DNA from: a virus
Lineage: Duplodnaviria > Caudoviricetes
IMG/VR virus record: IMGVR_UViG_3300031963_000186
Coordinates: 1 to 55,561 of that record
Direction: 5' to 3' (one strand)
Length of the DNA: 55,561 nt
The notes beneath the pieces were generated by a model. That model had not been told where the DNA came from and made no database searches. It saw nothing but the letters and a program-made list of their open reading frames with translations. The position numbers were made by a program, and so were the translations under genes. Positions 19,928 to 30,080 of this stretch are shown piece by piece (the first letter of the stretch is position 1; every line of letters starts with the position of its first letter).

Positions 19928-20196
19928 GCTCCGATCGCGGCGTAATAGCCGTTGGCAACAACGCGATACCTGTTTGGAGTTGCGGTCTCAAAAAACTCCG
20001 GTACCGAACCGGTGAAATGAATCACGGCTTGCGTGATCAATTGACGATCTTCTTGATCCTTGATGACCACAAGGCGCCAAATACGCTTCTTCCAATCCGA
20101 TTTGTTCTCAACACGCTTGAAGGCTGCCAGCAATTCCTCTTGAGTGTAAACACGATGCTCGACTTTGCGAGGCTTGAATTCGACGACGGTCAACAT
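19924..20196 (-). CDS. Hypothetical protein, first gene of the small-gene operon
   Basis: Start moved to ATG 20196 behind RBS AGAAAGGAG. Confidence 0.6.
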   Translation of the reverse strand: MLTVVEFKPRKVEHRVYTQEELLAAFKRVENKSDWKKRIWRLVVIKDQEDRQLITQAVIHFTGSVPEFFETATPNRYRVVANGYYAAIGA

Positions 20197-20311
20197 AACT
20201 TTCTCCTTTCTAGGGTAGCACCAAGGGGATGGTGCATGGGTGCATTGTAGAGCGACTTCTACGCGACCGCGCACTTTTTTGCAAAAAATTTTTGCCTGGG
20301 ACTTTTCCTAG
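20194..20311 (-). promoter_or_regulatory. Conserved leader/promoter, copy 1
   Basis: TACAAT (minus strand, 20244-20249), 28-bp upstream block 20284-20311 and 18-bp RBS/start block 20194-20211 shared with 34549-34658. Confidence 0.6.
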
Positions 20312-20530
20312 CCGGAGGCCAACCCCTAGGATGACCCGTAGGACCCCGTAGAACCATGGTCCATGTCTCCTTATCCACCGGCCACAAAGCCTCTCTAGGG
20401 TCCACGTCGTGAGTCCTGGCATGGTCTTGACAAAAAGGCCATCCCCGAAGGCCCAAAAAGCCATGATCTGTCACTATTTTACGCGCACTGACGCAGCACG
20501 TAGTAATATCTGGTTTGAAAGGAGATTGCC

Positions 20531-20725
20531 ATGCGAGTAGTTATTGCCAAAAAGATAGCAACAGAAAACGGCATGTCTTTGGAATACAGCAACGACATGC
20601 GACTCTACGTCTTGAAGGATCAGGAGCAGGGTTGGCCTGACCAATACTTCCCAGGGTCTGCCTTGAGGACTATGGACGAATCGACATTCACCAAGTTCTT
20701 CTTGAGGATCAAGAGCACCGACTAA
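20531..20725 (+). CDS. Hypothetical protein (divergent)
   Basis: GGAG RBS; occupies a gap with no minus-strand gene. Confidence 0.55.
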   Translation: MRVVIAKKIATENGMSLEYSNDMRLYVLKDQEQGWPDQYFPGSALRTMDESTFTKFFLRIKSTD

Positions 20726-20820
20726 GGTCCCCTACAGGTGAAGTGGGACAGAGGAGGTTGACCGGCTCGACCTCTGCACCAGGTGGGAGCCCTGGCCTCT
20801 AACTTAAAGTAAGCAGACCT

Positions 20821-22257
20821 CTAACTTAACCAATCCTTCCATTCATCGCCCAAGACCTTGGCTGATAGCTGCCGCTTCTCGCGAAGGGCCTTGACGATCT
20901 TCTCATCCACAGTCTTCCGGCAGATCAGGTCGACGTAGTTCACTGTGTGCTTCTGCCCGATCCTGTGTGCCCGATCTTCTGATTGCAGCCTGTGTTCTAG
21001 GTTGTAGCTATTCGAGTAATAGACCACTGTCGTAGCTGCTGTCAAGGTAATACCAAAGCCCCCGGTCTGGGCGTTGCCGACGAAGTACCTGCATGACGGG
21101 TCCTCCTGAAAACGGCTGACGGCATCTTGCCTATCTTTCGTGGTGGTGTCCCCGTAGTAGGTCACGACAGACTTGGCTCCGTACTCCTCCTTCAAGGCCT
21201 CCTCAATGGCCTGGATGTCAGCCCGGTAATTCGCCCAGATGATCACCTTGCCACTGGTCTCCTCCAACACTTCCATGAGAGCCTTCATCCGGTTACTGTC
21301 GACAGGACTGACCTTGCCGTCATCAGTGGTCAAGTGGCCGCAGACTAATTGATGCAGCCTAAGTAACTTAGTCAGCACGATAGGAGCCGACACCAGCTTC
21401 CCCTCAAGTTCTGCCATGGCCTTCTCCTTGAGGCTCTTGTAGTGCTTCTTCTGGTCATCGGTCAACTCGACCTCGTAAAACTGGTAGATCTTCTCAGGCA
21501 AGTCGAGGCACTCGTCTTTTGTGCGGCGTGAACTCCAGGACTGAATCGACTTAGTCAGGTCATCTAGATTCTTGTACCCCTTGATCTTGGTGAAGGCACG
21601 ATTACCTGCCGTGATCTTGACCATCTCAGCGTACTTTGCCCGGAAGGTGTAATAGCTGCTGAAGCCCAGGAGATGCGGGTTTAGGAAGTTGGCTTGGCTG
21701 TAAAGGTCTAGTGGATTATTGGTCACTGGAGACCCAGTTAGGATCCTCCGGTAATTCGCCTTGCGGCCGATCTTCATGCAGGCCTTTGTTCGCTTCGCAT
21801 CCCGGTTCTTGATGGTTGTGGACTCGTCTACGATCATCAGGGTCTTATGGCAGTTGACAAAAGACTCGGCCACCTTGTAACTACGGTCAAAGGCCAACGC
21901 CTCGATGTTCATGACAAACACCTTCAACGGCTCCATGGGCAAGAATAATTGGGAGTAGCTCTTCTTCAGTTCGGTGTTTGCGGCACTATCCCAGTAAGTC
22001 CCCACCCACGTGACGTAATCAGGCATGTGTTCAGGCAGCTCCTTGGTCACCCAGTTGCGGTATGACCCCTTGTTGCCCAAGATGAACACGGCATCGATCT
22101 TGCCTGTCGCATACAGCCACGCAGCGGTATCAATCGTGGTCTTCGTCTTACCTAAGCCCATCTCCCAGAACAGGGCGAACTCGTCCATGTCCCGGCTACG
22201 CAAGAAGTCCTCATGCTGGTGCTCAAAGGGCTTTGTCTTGTACTTGTACTCGATCAT
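20821..22257 (-). CDS. SNF2-family (SF2) helicase
   Basis: EMGLGKT, IVDES, LTGSPVTN, GFGITLTAA, QSEDRAHRIGQ. Confidence 0.92.
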   Translation of the reverse strand: MIEYKYKTKPFEHQHEDFLRSRDMDEFALFWEMGLGKTKTTIDTAAWLYATGKIDAVFILGNKGSYRNWVTKELPEHMPDYVTWVGTYWDSAANTELKKSYSQLFLPMEPLKVFVMNIEALAFDRSYKVAESFVNCHKTLMIVDESTTIKNRDAKRTKACMKIGRKANYRRILTGSPVTNNPLDLYSQANFLNPHLLGFSSYYTFRAKYAEMVKITAGNRAFTKIKGYKNLDDLTKSIQSWSSRRTKDECLDLPEKIYQFYEVELTDDQKKHYKSLKEKAMAELEGKLVSAPIVLTKLLRLHQLVCGHLTTDDGKVSPVDSNRMKALMEVLEETSGKVIIWANYRADIQAIEEALKEEYGAKSVVTYYGDTTTKDRQDAVSRFQEDPSCRYFVGNAQTGGFGITLTAATTVVYYSNSYNLEHRLQSEDRAHRIGQKHTVNYVDLICRKTVDEKIVKALREKRQLSAKVLGDEWKDWLS

Positions 22258-22889
22258 TTGTTCAACTCCTCAAAGCCGTAGAACCATTCATCCTTGGCGC
22301 TCCACTTGGCGTGGTTCTCGACGCTGTAGACTTGGGTGGGGATCTTGAAGTCGGGTGTCTTTAGGGTTGCTGGCACCAGTGACACGTCGTACCACAAGCA
22401 ACGGTTGTTGGGCTGGCAAGCGAACTGGCCGTTGTCAAGCTGGATGAAGTTGTAGCTCTTATGTTCTTGCACCCCTTCGCTGAAGCTGGTGTCAATCCGG
22501 TTCATGTCAGGGGCCGCAAAGTCGATCGTGAACAGGTAATTCCCAAAGTGAAACTGCTTGTCCTTGCCAAAGAATTTGACCTTGAGTCCACGCAGGTTTG
22601 ACTTCTCGATGACTGCCATGTCGTACGACAAGCAATCCCAGATCTGCAAGTGATCAAGGGGTAAGGGCTCATCAACCGGCTTCCATACGTAGGCGCTGAT
22701 GGGTAGCTTGTCATACAAGGCCCCGTAGTTCGTCAGCATGGACTCGATACGGAAAGCTTGGCCCTTGATGGCTTTAGCAGTCATCCATACGCAAGGCTCG
22801 AGTTCTCCATGACCTGACTCGTGGTTGTACAAGAATTCTCTCCGAACAAAACACTTGACCGGCGGAATGTTAGCAACTAGAAAGCTCAT
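22254..22889 (-). CDS. Hypothetical phage protein
   Basis: 211 aa coupled to both helicase genes; no motif I can assign. Confidence 0.65.
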   Translation of the reverse strand: MSFLVANIPPVKCFVRREFLYNHESGHGELEPCVWMTAKAIKGQAFRIESMLTNYGALYDKLPISAYVWKPVDEPLPLDHLQIWDCLSYDMAVIEKSNLRGLKVKFFGKDKQFHFGNYLFTIDFAAPDMNRIDTSFSEGVQEHKSYNFIQLDNGQFACQPNNRCLWYDVSLVPATLKTPDFKIPTQVYSVENHAKWSAKDEWFYGFEELNK

Positions 22890-24382
22890 AAGTCAAAGTA
22901 CCTTCCTGTCCGTGGCATGACAATGTGCAGATTCTGTTTGGCCCGGGTTGCTGCCACGTAAAACACCCTGGACTCGTCATCTTGATTTTCCTGATAACTC
23001 GTGTGAGTCTTTGGACTGATGTCGGTCAATAGCAAGACATTGTCCGCTTCCCCACCCTTACTGCCATGGATCGTGCTGATGTGGATCCTAGATTCGCCAG
23101 ACAAGGATTCCCCTTGCCTAAGAGCCGCTAGGAAGTACTCCTTCTCCTCGTCGCTGATCTTGTCCAAGGCCTGATGCCAGATGGCCCTGGTCTTCAGTCC
23201 GTACTTCTGGACTAGCGTCTCAAGGCTCACGACGTCTTCGGTCAGTTGTTTCAGTTCCTTGTAACCGTGTTCGATCATCCGCTTACTCATGTGACTGTAG
23301 ATGATCTTGGCCATGTCAGCCGTGACCGTCTCGCCTTTACGAAGTCGTTCCCAAGCCCTGATGGCAAACAATGCCTCAGACTTACGAGGAGATACCCCCT
23401 GGCATTCGTAGGAGTAGCCCTCACGATGACATAGGTCAATCAATTCTCTTAGCATGTAGACATTCCTAGCAAGCAAGAGCCATGAACCACTACCCATGTC
23501 GATGTGATCGATGTCATTGTGGTAGTTGATGGTGCCTTGATGGGCTGCCGGATTGAATTGCTTCTCACGCCGCTTACTGACCCGGCTAATGATGCCGCCA
23601 GAAAACTGGTGAACGACTGCCGGGATCCGGTACGACTGGTCAAGGATCCTGACCTTGGCATCAAGTCCAATGAAGTGATCGACGTCAGCCCCTGCCCACC
23701 TGAAGATGGCTTGGTCATCATCACCTGCAATGTAGACTTGCTCGGCGTGCTGCATCATCCGTTCTACCACCTTCCACTGCAGTTGGCTTAAGTCTTGCGC
23801 CTCATCAACTAGCAACGCCTTAAGCTTCGGACAAAAGCCAGAAGTCCGCATCTGGTCTAACATGTCAGTGTAGTCGATCAAGCCCATCTCATTCTTGTAT
23901 TCCATCAGGCTCCTTGCAAAGTGGTCTAGCTCATACCAGCCCACGTCGTCCTCAGAGGCCTCCTCCCACTGTTGCTTCAGGGGTATGCAACGAATCCTAG
24001 CTAACCCTTCGAGGAACTTCAGCTTGTCACCCTTTGCCATGCCTGTCATGGTGCCATCTTCCGCGCTGACCTTACCTGTCATCTCAACGCCGATTAAGTC
24101 TGCCAACTCCTGATAGTGGCTTGACTGCATCACCTGCTGCCGACTAAGTCCCAACTGCCTAAAAGCCAGGCTATGAATTGTCCTGAAGAACGGCATGTCA
24201 TCGATGGAAAAGCCAAACCGTTTCCTTGCCTTGTCACGAGCCTCTGCAGTTGCCTTCTTTGTGAAGCTGATGAAGCCGATCTGATCTGGCTTGACTCCCT
24301 TCTCTAACAAGGACTCCACAATGTTCATCAGCGTTGTCGTCTTGCCTGTACCTGGAGGGCCTAAGATTAATTCAGGCTTCAT
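22886..24382 (-). CDS. UvrD/Rep-like SF1 helicase
   Basis: GPPGTGKT, TIHS, VDEAQD, GDDDQAIF, STIHGSKGGE, YVAATRAK. Confidence 0.92.
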   Translation of the reverse strand: MKPELILGPPGTGKTTTLMNIVESLLEKGVKPDQIGFISFTKKATAEARDKARKRFGFSIDDMPFFRTIHSLAFRQLGLSRQQVMQSSHYQELADLIGVEMTGKVSAEDGTMTGMAKGDKLKFLEGLARIRCIPLKQQWEEASEDDVGWYELDHFARSLMEYKNEMGLIDYTDMLDQMRTSGFCPKLKALLVDEAQDLSQLQWKVVERMMQHAEQVYIAGDDDQAIFRWAGADVDHFIGLDAKVRILDQSYRIPAVVHQFSGGIISRVSKRREKQFNPAAHQGTINYHNDIDHIDMGSGSWLLLARNVYMLRELIDLCHREGYSYECQGVSPRKSEALFAIRAWERLRKGETVTADMAKIIYSHMSKRMIEHGYKELKQLTEDVVSLETLVQKYGLKTRAIWHQALDKISDEEKEYFLAALRQGESLSGESRIHISTIHGSKGGEADNVLLLTDISPKTHTSYQENQDDESRVFYVAATRAKQNLHIVMPRTGRYFDL

Positions 24383-25902
24383 ATCAAGCTGCCCCCACCA
24401 AAGTCAGGAGTCTGATGACCCTTGTCTTGGAAGGCGAATGCCGGGATTGACCACACCGTGGCCCGCTTACCATTCAGGCGGTATGTATGCGTCTCTCCAC
24501 CGTAGTCTCTGATGGCACTACTGATCTGGTTCAGCTTGAACTCCTTGAACTTCTGCTTGTCAAGGAAGTTCATGAAGTCTGCCAACCTAAACAGATGGCG
24601 GTTCTCATCCTGGTCATGGAATGGTTTACCTAGCAAGATCTCGTCAAGATGCTTGGCTTGTGCCTTACCAGTACAGAACCGCTCTAGCAGCTCAATGAAC
24701 TGACCCTTCGGTGTCGAGTCTTCAGGTGCCTCGATGATGACTACGTCTTGCAGCAAGGCCTGAATCATCTGACTCCACTGTGTCAGGTTCATCTTCTGTG
24801 GCATGTAGTTCATGGTCTCCATGCATCTCTTCTGGAAGCCCGATTGATTTTGCAGGTCTTCGGTAGACAAGGAAAGCCGCATGCCATTGTCCATGTCAAG
24901 AAACCAGATGGGAGGATCCGTGTTGTACTTGCTAAGACTTGAAAGCCTTGGAGCCCCTTGCTGGATACCGACCCCGTACTTTCTCATGCGGCACATACCA
25001 GCGTTGCAGTGCTGGCGGATTGGAGGCCTACTGCACGTGTACTGATAGTCACTGGTCTGCATAGAGTTCATGACCCCCATCACCTCAGACTCTGGCAGCG
25101 GCGGATCCATGACGTCGATGTTCATCTGCATGACCAAGGGCTGCCAATCGTCTGGCCGCATCTTCTTTGCAAGGACACATAGATTGAACAAGCCGTTGTT
25201 GCGGGTACCTTCTGGAAAGCCGGTCTGCGACAGCTTCTCAAGGCATGGGGGAGCATCCTTAAATTGCTTACGTCTAGTCTTTGATTCATTAAACTTCAGC
25301 TTAATGAACTGAGCCCTTGTCATCTTCAAGGGTTCTGCAAAATCTAAAAACTGCTCGGGAGTCATTGGAGCCCCTGACTCGGCAACGCCATACCGGCTTG
25401 TGGACGTGCCTTCAAAGTACGGCATGTTGATCCAGTTACCAACATCTCCTCGTTCTGTCAAGACGGTGTCTTGCTTCGGGAAGATCTCACTGGTTGCATG
25501 CCCCAAGACCGATGCCAACTCGGCTAGCTTACGCTTGACGTCGGCAGCTGGCACGGGTTCTGAGAAGAACATATAGATGTGGGCACCGCCCGACTTGCTG
25601 CGGCAGACGACTACCGGAGCCTTGGCTTTCTTACAGGCTTCAACGGCTTCTTTCAAGTCGTAGTTCTTGTATTCGTCAATGTCAATCGCACCAAAGAGGC
25701 ATGTGTTGTCCTCCCTGATGGGCACAATACCGATTCCCTTGGCTCCTGAGAGATGAGATTCCCACAGTTCCTCGGTGACAGGGGCACGTTTGGTGACGGC
25801 TGTTCCCTGAACCTTTAGACCGGTATTCTTGCCATCAATGTCATAAGTACCATAGGCTCCAGAGTGCCCAGCAAACAAGGCCATGAATCGTTGTGCAAGC
25901 AT
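24379..25902 (-). CDS. Primase (AEP-type with PriCT-like domain)
   Basis: GAIDID, RSKSGGAH, EIFPKQ, GNWINMPY, GTRNNGLF; start taken as ATG 25902. Confidence 0.75.
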   Translation of the reverse strand: MLAQRFMALFAGHSGAYGTYDIDGKNTGLKVQGTAVTKRAPVTEELWESHLSGAKGIGIVPIREDNTCLFGAIDIDEYKNYDLKEAVEACKKAKAPVVVCRSKSGGAHIYMFFSEPVPAADVKRKLAELASVLGHATSEIFPKQDTVLTERGDVGNWINMPYFEGTSTSRYGVAESGAPMTPEQFLDFAEPLKMTRAQFIKLKFNESKTRRKQFKDAPPCLEKLSQTGFPEGTRNNGLFNLCVLAKKMRPDDWQPLVMQMNIDVMDPPLPESEVMGVMNSMQTSDYQYTCSRPPIRQHCNAGMCRMRKYGVGIQQGAPRLSSLSKYNTDPPIWFLDMDNGMRLSLSTEDLQNQSGFQKRCMETMNYMPQKMNLTQWSQMIQALLQDVVIIEAPEDSTPKGQFIELLERFCTGKAQAKHLDEILLGKPFHDQDENRHLFRLADFMNFLDKQKFKEFKLNQISSAIRDYGGETHTYRLNGKRATVWSIPAFAFQDKGHQTPDFGGGSLI

Positions 25903-25921
25903 AGCTTTCTTTCTTGTAGTA

Positions 25922-25946
25922 GAAAACCGGGGGCCGGAACCCCCGG
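25922..25946 (-). terminator. Possible terminator/attenuator hairpin ahead of the primase gene
   Basis: Minus strand CCGGGGG-TTCCGG-CCCCCGG followed by TTTTC. Confidence 0.45.
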
Positions 25947-25952
25947 AGGTCG

Positions 25953-26183
25953 TCAACTGCCTCTTGTGGCTGCCTTCAAAGGTTTATTTGTGACGTTATC
26001 AGTCTGAGACTGACCTACCTTTGTGGCAACCTTCTTCACGTACCGCTTAGGACCCTTGCGTTTGATCTTCTTGTGTCCATGAGCAGCCTTCCTCCCAGGG
26101 CCTTTTTTAGTGGCACTGGGACTCTTGCCGTCTGAAGTAGAAGCGCCAGCTCCTAATGTAGGAAACAATTGCCTGATGTCCAT
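25953..26183 (-). CDS. Small Lys-rich protein
   Basis: 76 aa, strongly basic; fills the gap between SSB-like and primase genes. Confidence 0.5.
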   Translation of the reverse strand: MDIRQLFPTLGAGASTSDGKSPSATKKGPGRKAAHGHKKIKRKGPKRYVKKVATKVGQSQTDNVTNKPLKAATRGS

Positions 26184-26191
26184 ACTGTTTC

Positions 26192-26962
26192 CTAGTAGGG
26201 TACTTCAGCAGAGTCTGATGCAACACCATCAACCGGTGGCTCCGAGACCTTGACTAGACCAGCGGAGACATCTTGGCCAAACTTCTTAGCCGTCTCGTAC
26301 AGACCCTTGTCGTTGATCATCGTCGGATCGTTAATGATCCAGCCAAACCAGCTGTTTGTGTCCTTTGTCTCCATGCCTGTGCCCACATGGTAGCTATGGC
26401 TAAACGGCGGAGGCGTAAACGACTTGTCGCCAATCTTGACTTGCAGACTCATCATCTGGCCCAACCAGCGACGGCTCTTCTTCAGTTGGGTTGAGCTCAT
26501 GGCCATGACAGCCCGCTCATAACCGCCTTCGGTCAAGACAAGCACGTAGTGATACGACGTCGTGACGATCAGGTTGCCGTTAGAAAGAACGTCTTGATTG
26601 CGTTCGTTCTTCTTAGTCTTCTCAAGGATCTTCTCGTCCATGTGTTCCTTGACGAGGCCGCCACCGGCTTCCCGAGGAGTCCACTCAACGTAGCTCTTCT
26701 TGAAGGCACAAGGAATGACACGGAACTCCTTCATCAGCTGCTGCGTCACGGTGTTGATAATCAGGCCTTCCTCAGCGCCCGGTACCTTAGTGGTGCCACG
26801 GAGTTCAGGGGACAGCGCCTGAAGGATCTTCAGGTACGGAATGGCGACGTCATTTGCCGTGACGTTTTCAAAGCCCATACCTGCGTCAGCCATCATGTCG
26901 TCTGCGAAGGCAACTACTGGCAGGTCAGACTGTTTCACAGCCACCTCATTTTTCTTGCTCAT
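26192..26962 (-). CDS. Putative single-stranded DNA-binding/annealing protein
   Basis: IPYLKILQALSP, MSSTQLKKSRRW; acidic tail ending in an aromatic residue (SDSAEVPY); replication context. Confidence 0.55.
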   Translation of the reverse strand: MSKKNEVAVKQSDLPVVAFADDMMADAGMGFENVTANDVAIPYLKILQALSPELRGTTKVPGAEEGLIINTVTQQLMKEFRVIPCAFKKSYVEWTPREAGGGLVKEHMDEKILEKTKKNERNQDVLSNGNLIVTTSYHYVLVLTEGGYERAVMAMSSTQLKKSRRWLGQMMSLQVKIGDKSFTPPPFSHSYHVGTGMETKDTNSWFGWIINDPTMINDKGLYETAKKFGQDVSAGLVKVSEPPVDGVASDSAEVPY

Positions 26963-27525
26963 GCTTTGCTCCTTTTAACTTTAGCGATTTGGCCGATGTA
27001 CACGTTGAAAAGCTCTAGTGGAAATTCGGCACCACTCTCCACTTGCTCCCTGACAAATGCTGTCAAAGTCTGCGGATGCACTCCCATCTTGCCAGAATAA
27101 TCAATGCCCTGCTGTTCTAGCTTGGCCTTAAACTGTTCGGCTTTCTGGTGTTCACCGCGGTTAAATGTGATCGACACCTCGTCTTTTATCAGCGCTACAT
27201 GACCGTGGTCTTCCAACCACCCAAAGCACTCTTCTCGCTTGTCATCACCTATCTTAGCTGAGTAATACGGCTTGACCGTAATTTCACTGCCATCGGTCAA
27301 CGTAAACTTAGCCATTCCAACTTCGGCCATTGCATCTGGCAGTTGCTTTTCTGCAATGTCTCTAAGTTGCTCCTTTAAGATCTTCAGTCGCGTTTCCGCT
27401 TCCTTAATCTCCTCTTCCTTCTCAATCAAGGCTTCGGCTAAACGACTGATCTTTTTAAGACCGTCATTGCTTAGCGTTGATTGACTGTCGGCCAACATGT
27501 CTTCAAGCATTTGCTCTGACTCCAT
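26959..27525 (-). CDS. Replication-module protein
   Basis: N-terminal coiled coil, WLEDHGH..LIK, VHPQTLTAFVRE. Confidence 0.6.
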   Translation of the reverse strand: MESEQMLEDMLADSQSTLSNDGLKKISRLAEALIEKEEEIKEAETRLKILKEQLRDIAEKQLPDAMAEVGMAKFTLTDGSEITVKPYYSAKIGDDKREECFGWLEDHGHVALIKDEVSITFNRGEHQKAEQFKAKLEQQGIDYSGKMGVHPQTLTAFVREQVESGAEFPLELFNVYIGQIAKVKRSKA

Positions 27526-27823
27526 TCAAATCCGCCTCAATGGCGTAGTAACGATGCTCTTGGCGATCCCACTTAAGCATCTTGATCTTGCCGCCGTTAA
27601 AATTGGCAGCAACCGCTACGGACAATCCGATGGCTATTGGATCTCCAATAGCTAACAGAAAATCGCTGTCCGAAAATGAGCGTAGCTTGTCACGCAACGC
27701 CCGAATTGTTGGAGCCGTGGACAGGGTTACCTGGCCAGGCGGTAATAGAGTCCTCAAGTCACCGTACTCAGCAGCAGGCAAGATGTTGAACTTAGGACTT
27801 TCCTGAACGACATAGACAGTCAT
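27503..27823 (-). CDS. Hypothetical protein
   Basis: Start moved to ATG 27823 (ATGA overlap, GGAGG RBS); DFLLAIGDP..LKWDRQ. Confidence 0.6.
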   Translation of the reverse strand: MTVYVVQESPKFNILPAAEYGDLRTLLPPGQVTLSTAPTIRALRDKLRSFSDSDFLLAIGDPIAIGLSVAVAANFNGGKIKMLKWDRQEHRYYAIEADLNGVRANA

Positions 27824-28221
27824 TGCACCTCCCCACGATAAATAACTTGCAACTCTGTACAAAACGGTGGCACTGTAAAGATCAGTTGGTTCATGCTGTT
27901 CCACTCAAAAGGCTTCGTGCATTGCCAGATCTCAAACATCTCCATGTTACGTTGGACCTGATACAGCTTCAACACGTTGTCGTTCCTTGCCAACACAAAG
28001 ACACGGCCACCGTTTTCTTGGCGCCTCCGATGCCACAAGGTTTGTTCAGGCCTCAATTCACAACGGCCCTTGTCATCAAGCACCTTCAGCTCAAGCCAGT
28101 ACTCATTAGACTCAAAGCAGCCGTTGACATCAGGGGTTCCTCGTGTCAAGGCGTTCTCAACACGTTCGACATCTCCAAGCAGCTTGTCCTTGACGAGCGC
28201 CCAAAACTGACTCTCTTTCAT
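27820..28221 (-). CDS. PD-(D/E)xK nuclease (VRR-NUC/resolvase-like)
   Basis: RVE..GTPD..WLELK..LRPEQTLW..GGRVFVL; start ATG 28221. Confidence 0.75.
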   Translation of the reverse strand: MKESQFWALVKDKLLGDVERVENALTRGTPDVNGCFESNEYWLELKVLDDKGRCELRPEQTLWHRRRQENGGRVFVLARNDNVLKLYQVQRNMEMFEIWQCTKPFEWNSMNQLIFTVPPFCTELQVIYRGEVQ

Positions 28222-30080
28222 AGTTGCACCTCGACGGCTGTCCCCCAGTTGGCTCCAAGTTCGCAGTCTACTTTCAATGGCACTTCTAAGTCCACGCATG
28301 TCAACATCTCCTGCCGTATCATCCTTGCATGATCAAGGTCCCTAATGCTGAAATCCAATTCATCATGGATGGTCAGATGAGGAACTTCTCCCTTTTTATA
28401 TAAGTTCACCATGGCCCGCTTGATCATGTCTGCTGATGACCCTTGGATCACGGCATTCATGGCCTTATGAACAAAGTACCGCTTCAATGGCAAGCCATAC
28501 TTATCTTCAGCCTGATCTTTCTTTAGCGGTATCAAACCGGCACTGTACTTAGGGGGTCCAAATAACTGGAACCTCCTCCGCCTCCCCAATAACGTCTTGA
28601 CGTAGCCGCGGTTTGTAGCAATTCGCATACACTCCTCACCTAACGCCTTGATGAAGGGCACGTTCTCATGGTACTGCTCGTAGACCTTCTTTGCTTCGGC
28701 AGGTGCCAGTCCAAGTTGGCTTGCTGCCTTAGCTGCCCCCATACCGTAGGCAAGGCCAAGATTTAACGTCTTAGCGTTCTTACGACTGATACCTGCCATG
28801 TCAGCTACCAACTGATGGTAGTCGGTATCTGGGTTGTCGATATACCTGCTTCTTGCAGTATCTGCCCCAGGAAACCCTCGTAGATACGCGTAGTGCACCG
28901 TGACCCGAGGTTCTTGCTGCGAGTAGTCAAAGACACCCCACTGATGGCCATCTTCAGGGATGAAGATTGACCGAATCATTGGAGCCAAGACCGGGTCTCT
29001 AGCAGGGACTTGCTGCATGTTTGGGTTTGCTGACGCAAAACGGCCTGACTTAGTACCCCCACGGTCCCCACGGACTTGCCGCCATTCCGGGTAAATCCGC
29101 CCACCACTTTCCATCTGAATGATCTTGCTGTCGATAAATACTCCACCGGCCCGGTCAAGCTTCCTGGCCTTCGAAATTAAGGAGAAAAATTCATGATCAG
29201 CACTTTCAAGAAACTCAGCCGCAAAACTTGCATTCCCCTTTTCAGTCTTTGGGTAATCCAGCTTCAAAGCATCACAGGCTGCTTGTATATCATCACCAGA
29301 CCAGATGTCTATGGTCCTGTCTGCAACCTTCTTCAGCTTATCCATCAGCTGCTCTTGCTCGTCAAGTAGTTGAGCCTTGATCCTGTGGGCAAGGTCGACA
29401 TCGACCCTCACGCCCTTCTGGCGCATGGCAACTAAGACATCGATGATCTCGCTTTCTAGCATGAACAGGTCCCATAGCTTCTCGTCGTGAAGCAAGACCT
29501 CTTGCTGGGCGAAGATCCGGATCGGCAGATCTGCATCCTTACGGCCGTAAGTTGCAACTTCGCCGGCATGCAGTCGCCAAAGACTTCCCTTGATGTCTGA
29601 TGGCTTGATGCCACGACGGACACCAGCCTCGATCATCTGACTCTCGTCTTTGTGTTCACCAAGATACGACTCGGCTAAGGCGTCTAACTTATAGGTCACA
29701 CGATCTTCATCAAGCAACGGCTCAGCAACCTGAATGTCGTACTTAGGCCCATTTAAGACGACTCCTTCTGTCAGCAGCCATTCCATGTCGTATGGCATGT
29801 TGGCCCCTAGTTTTGGGATGTCGGTCTTCATCTGGTCTTTTAGCCATGCAAAGACATTCTCAGGATTCAAGTTACCGCCGGCCTCATGGCGCACCGGGTA
29901 ATACTCAGCAAAGCCATCGTCAGTGGCCACGGAAACGCCAACGATGTAACCGTCTTTGCGAACACCGCCAGGACCCTTTGTCATCAGGTTGGGATCCCTA
30001 GTCTCGCAATCGACGGCGATCCTCTTGGCCCGACTAAGATCTGGAAAATGTTGCGGGGGCTTGTAGGAGTTCTCGTCCAT
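28218..30080 (-). CDS. polA: Family A DNA polymerase with 3'-5' exonuclease domain
   Basis: Exo VDCET, NMPYD, YGRKD; TKSGRFAS..PNMQQVP, DYSQQEPR (motif A), RKNAKTLNLGLAYG (B), TIHDEL (C). Confidence 0.95.
   Translation of the reverse strand: MDENSYKPPQHFPDLSRAKRIAVDCETRDPNLMTKGPGGVRKDGYIVGVSVATDDGFAEYYPVRHEAGGNLNPENVFAWLKDQMKTDIPKLGANMPYDMEWLLTEGVVLNGPKYDIQVAEPLLDEDRVTYKLDALAESYLGEHKDESQMIEAGVRRGIKPSDIKGSLWRLHAGEVATYGRKDADLPIRIFAQQEVLLHDEKLWDLFMLESEIIDVLVAMRQKGVRVDVDLAHRIKAQLLDEQEQLMDKLKKVADRTIDIWSGDDIQAACDALKLDYPKTEKGNASFAAEFLESADHEFFSLISKARKLDRAGGVFIDSKIIQMESGGRIYPEWRQVRGDRGGTKSGRFASANPNMQQVPARDPVLAPMIRSIFIPEDGHQWGVFDYSQQEPRVTVHYAYLRGFPGADTARSRYIDNPDTDYHQLVADMAGISRKNAKTLNLGLAYGMGAAKAASQLGLAPAEAKKVYEQYHENVPFIKALGEECMRIATNRGYVKTLLGRRRRFQLFGPPKYSAGLIPLKKDQAEDKYGLPLKRYFVHKAMNAVIQGSSADMIKRAMVNLYKKGEVPHLTIHDELDFSIRDLDHARMIRQEMLTCVDLEVPLKVDCELGANWGTAVEVQL

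Noticed and set aside
20210-20474. Minus-strand ORFs of 71-84 aa in the divergent intergenic region
   Set aside because: They overlap the conserved promoter block, lack a clear RBS and have no recognisable protein features
20746-20800. Hairpin and possible second pairing between convergent genes
   Set aside because: Short stems with no U-tract; cannot distinguish from chance
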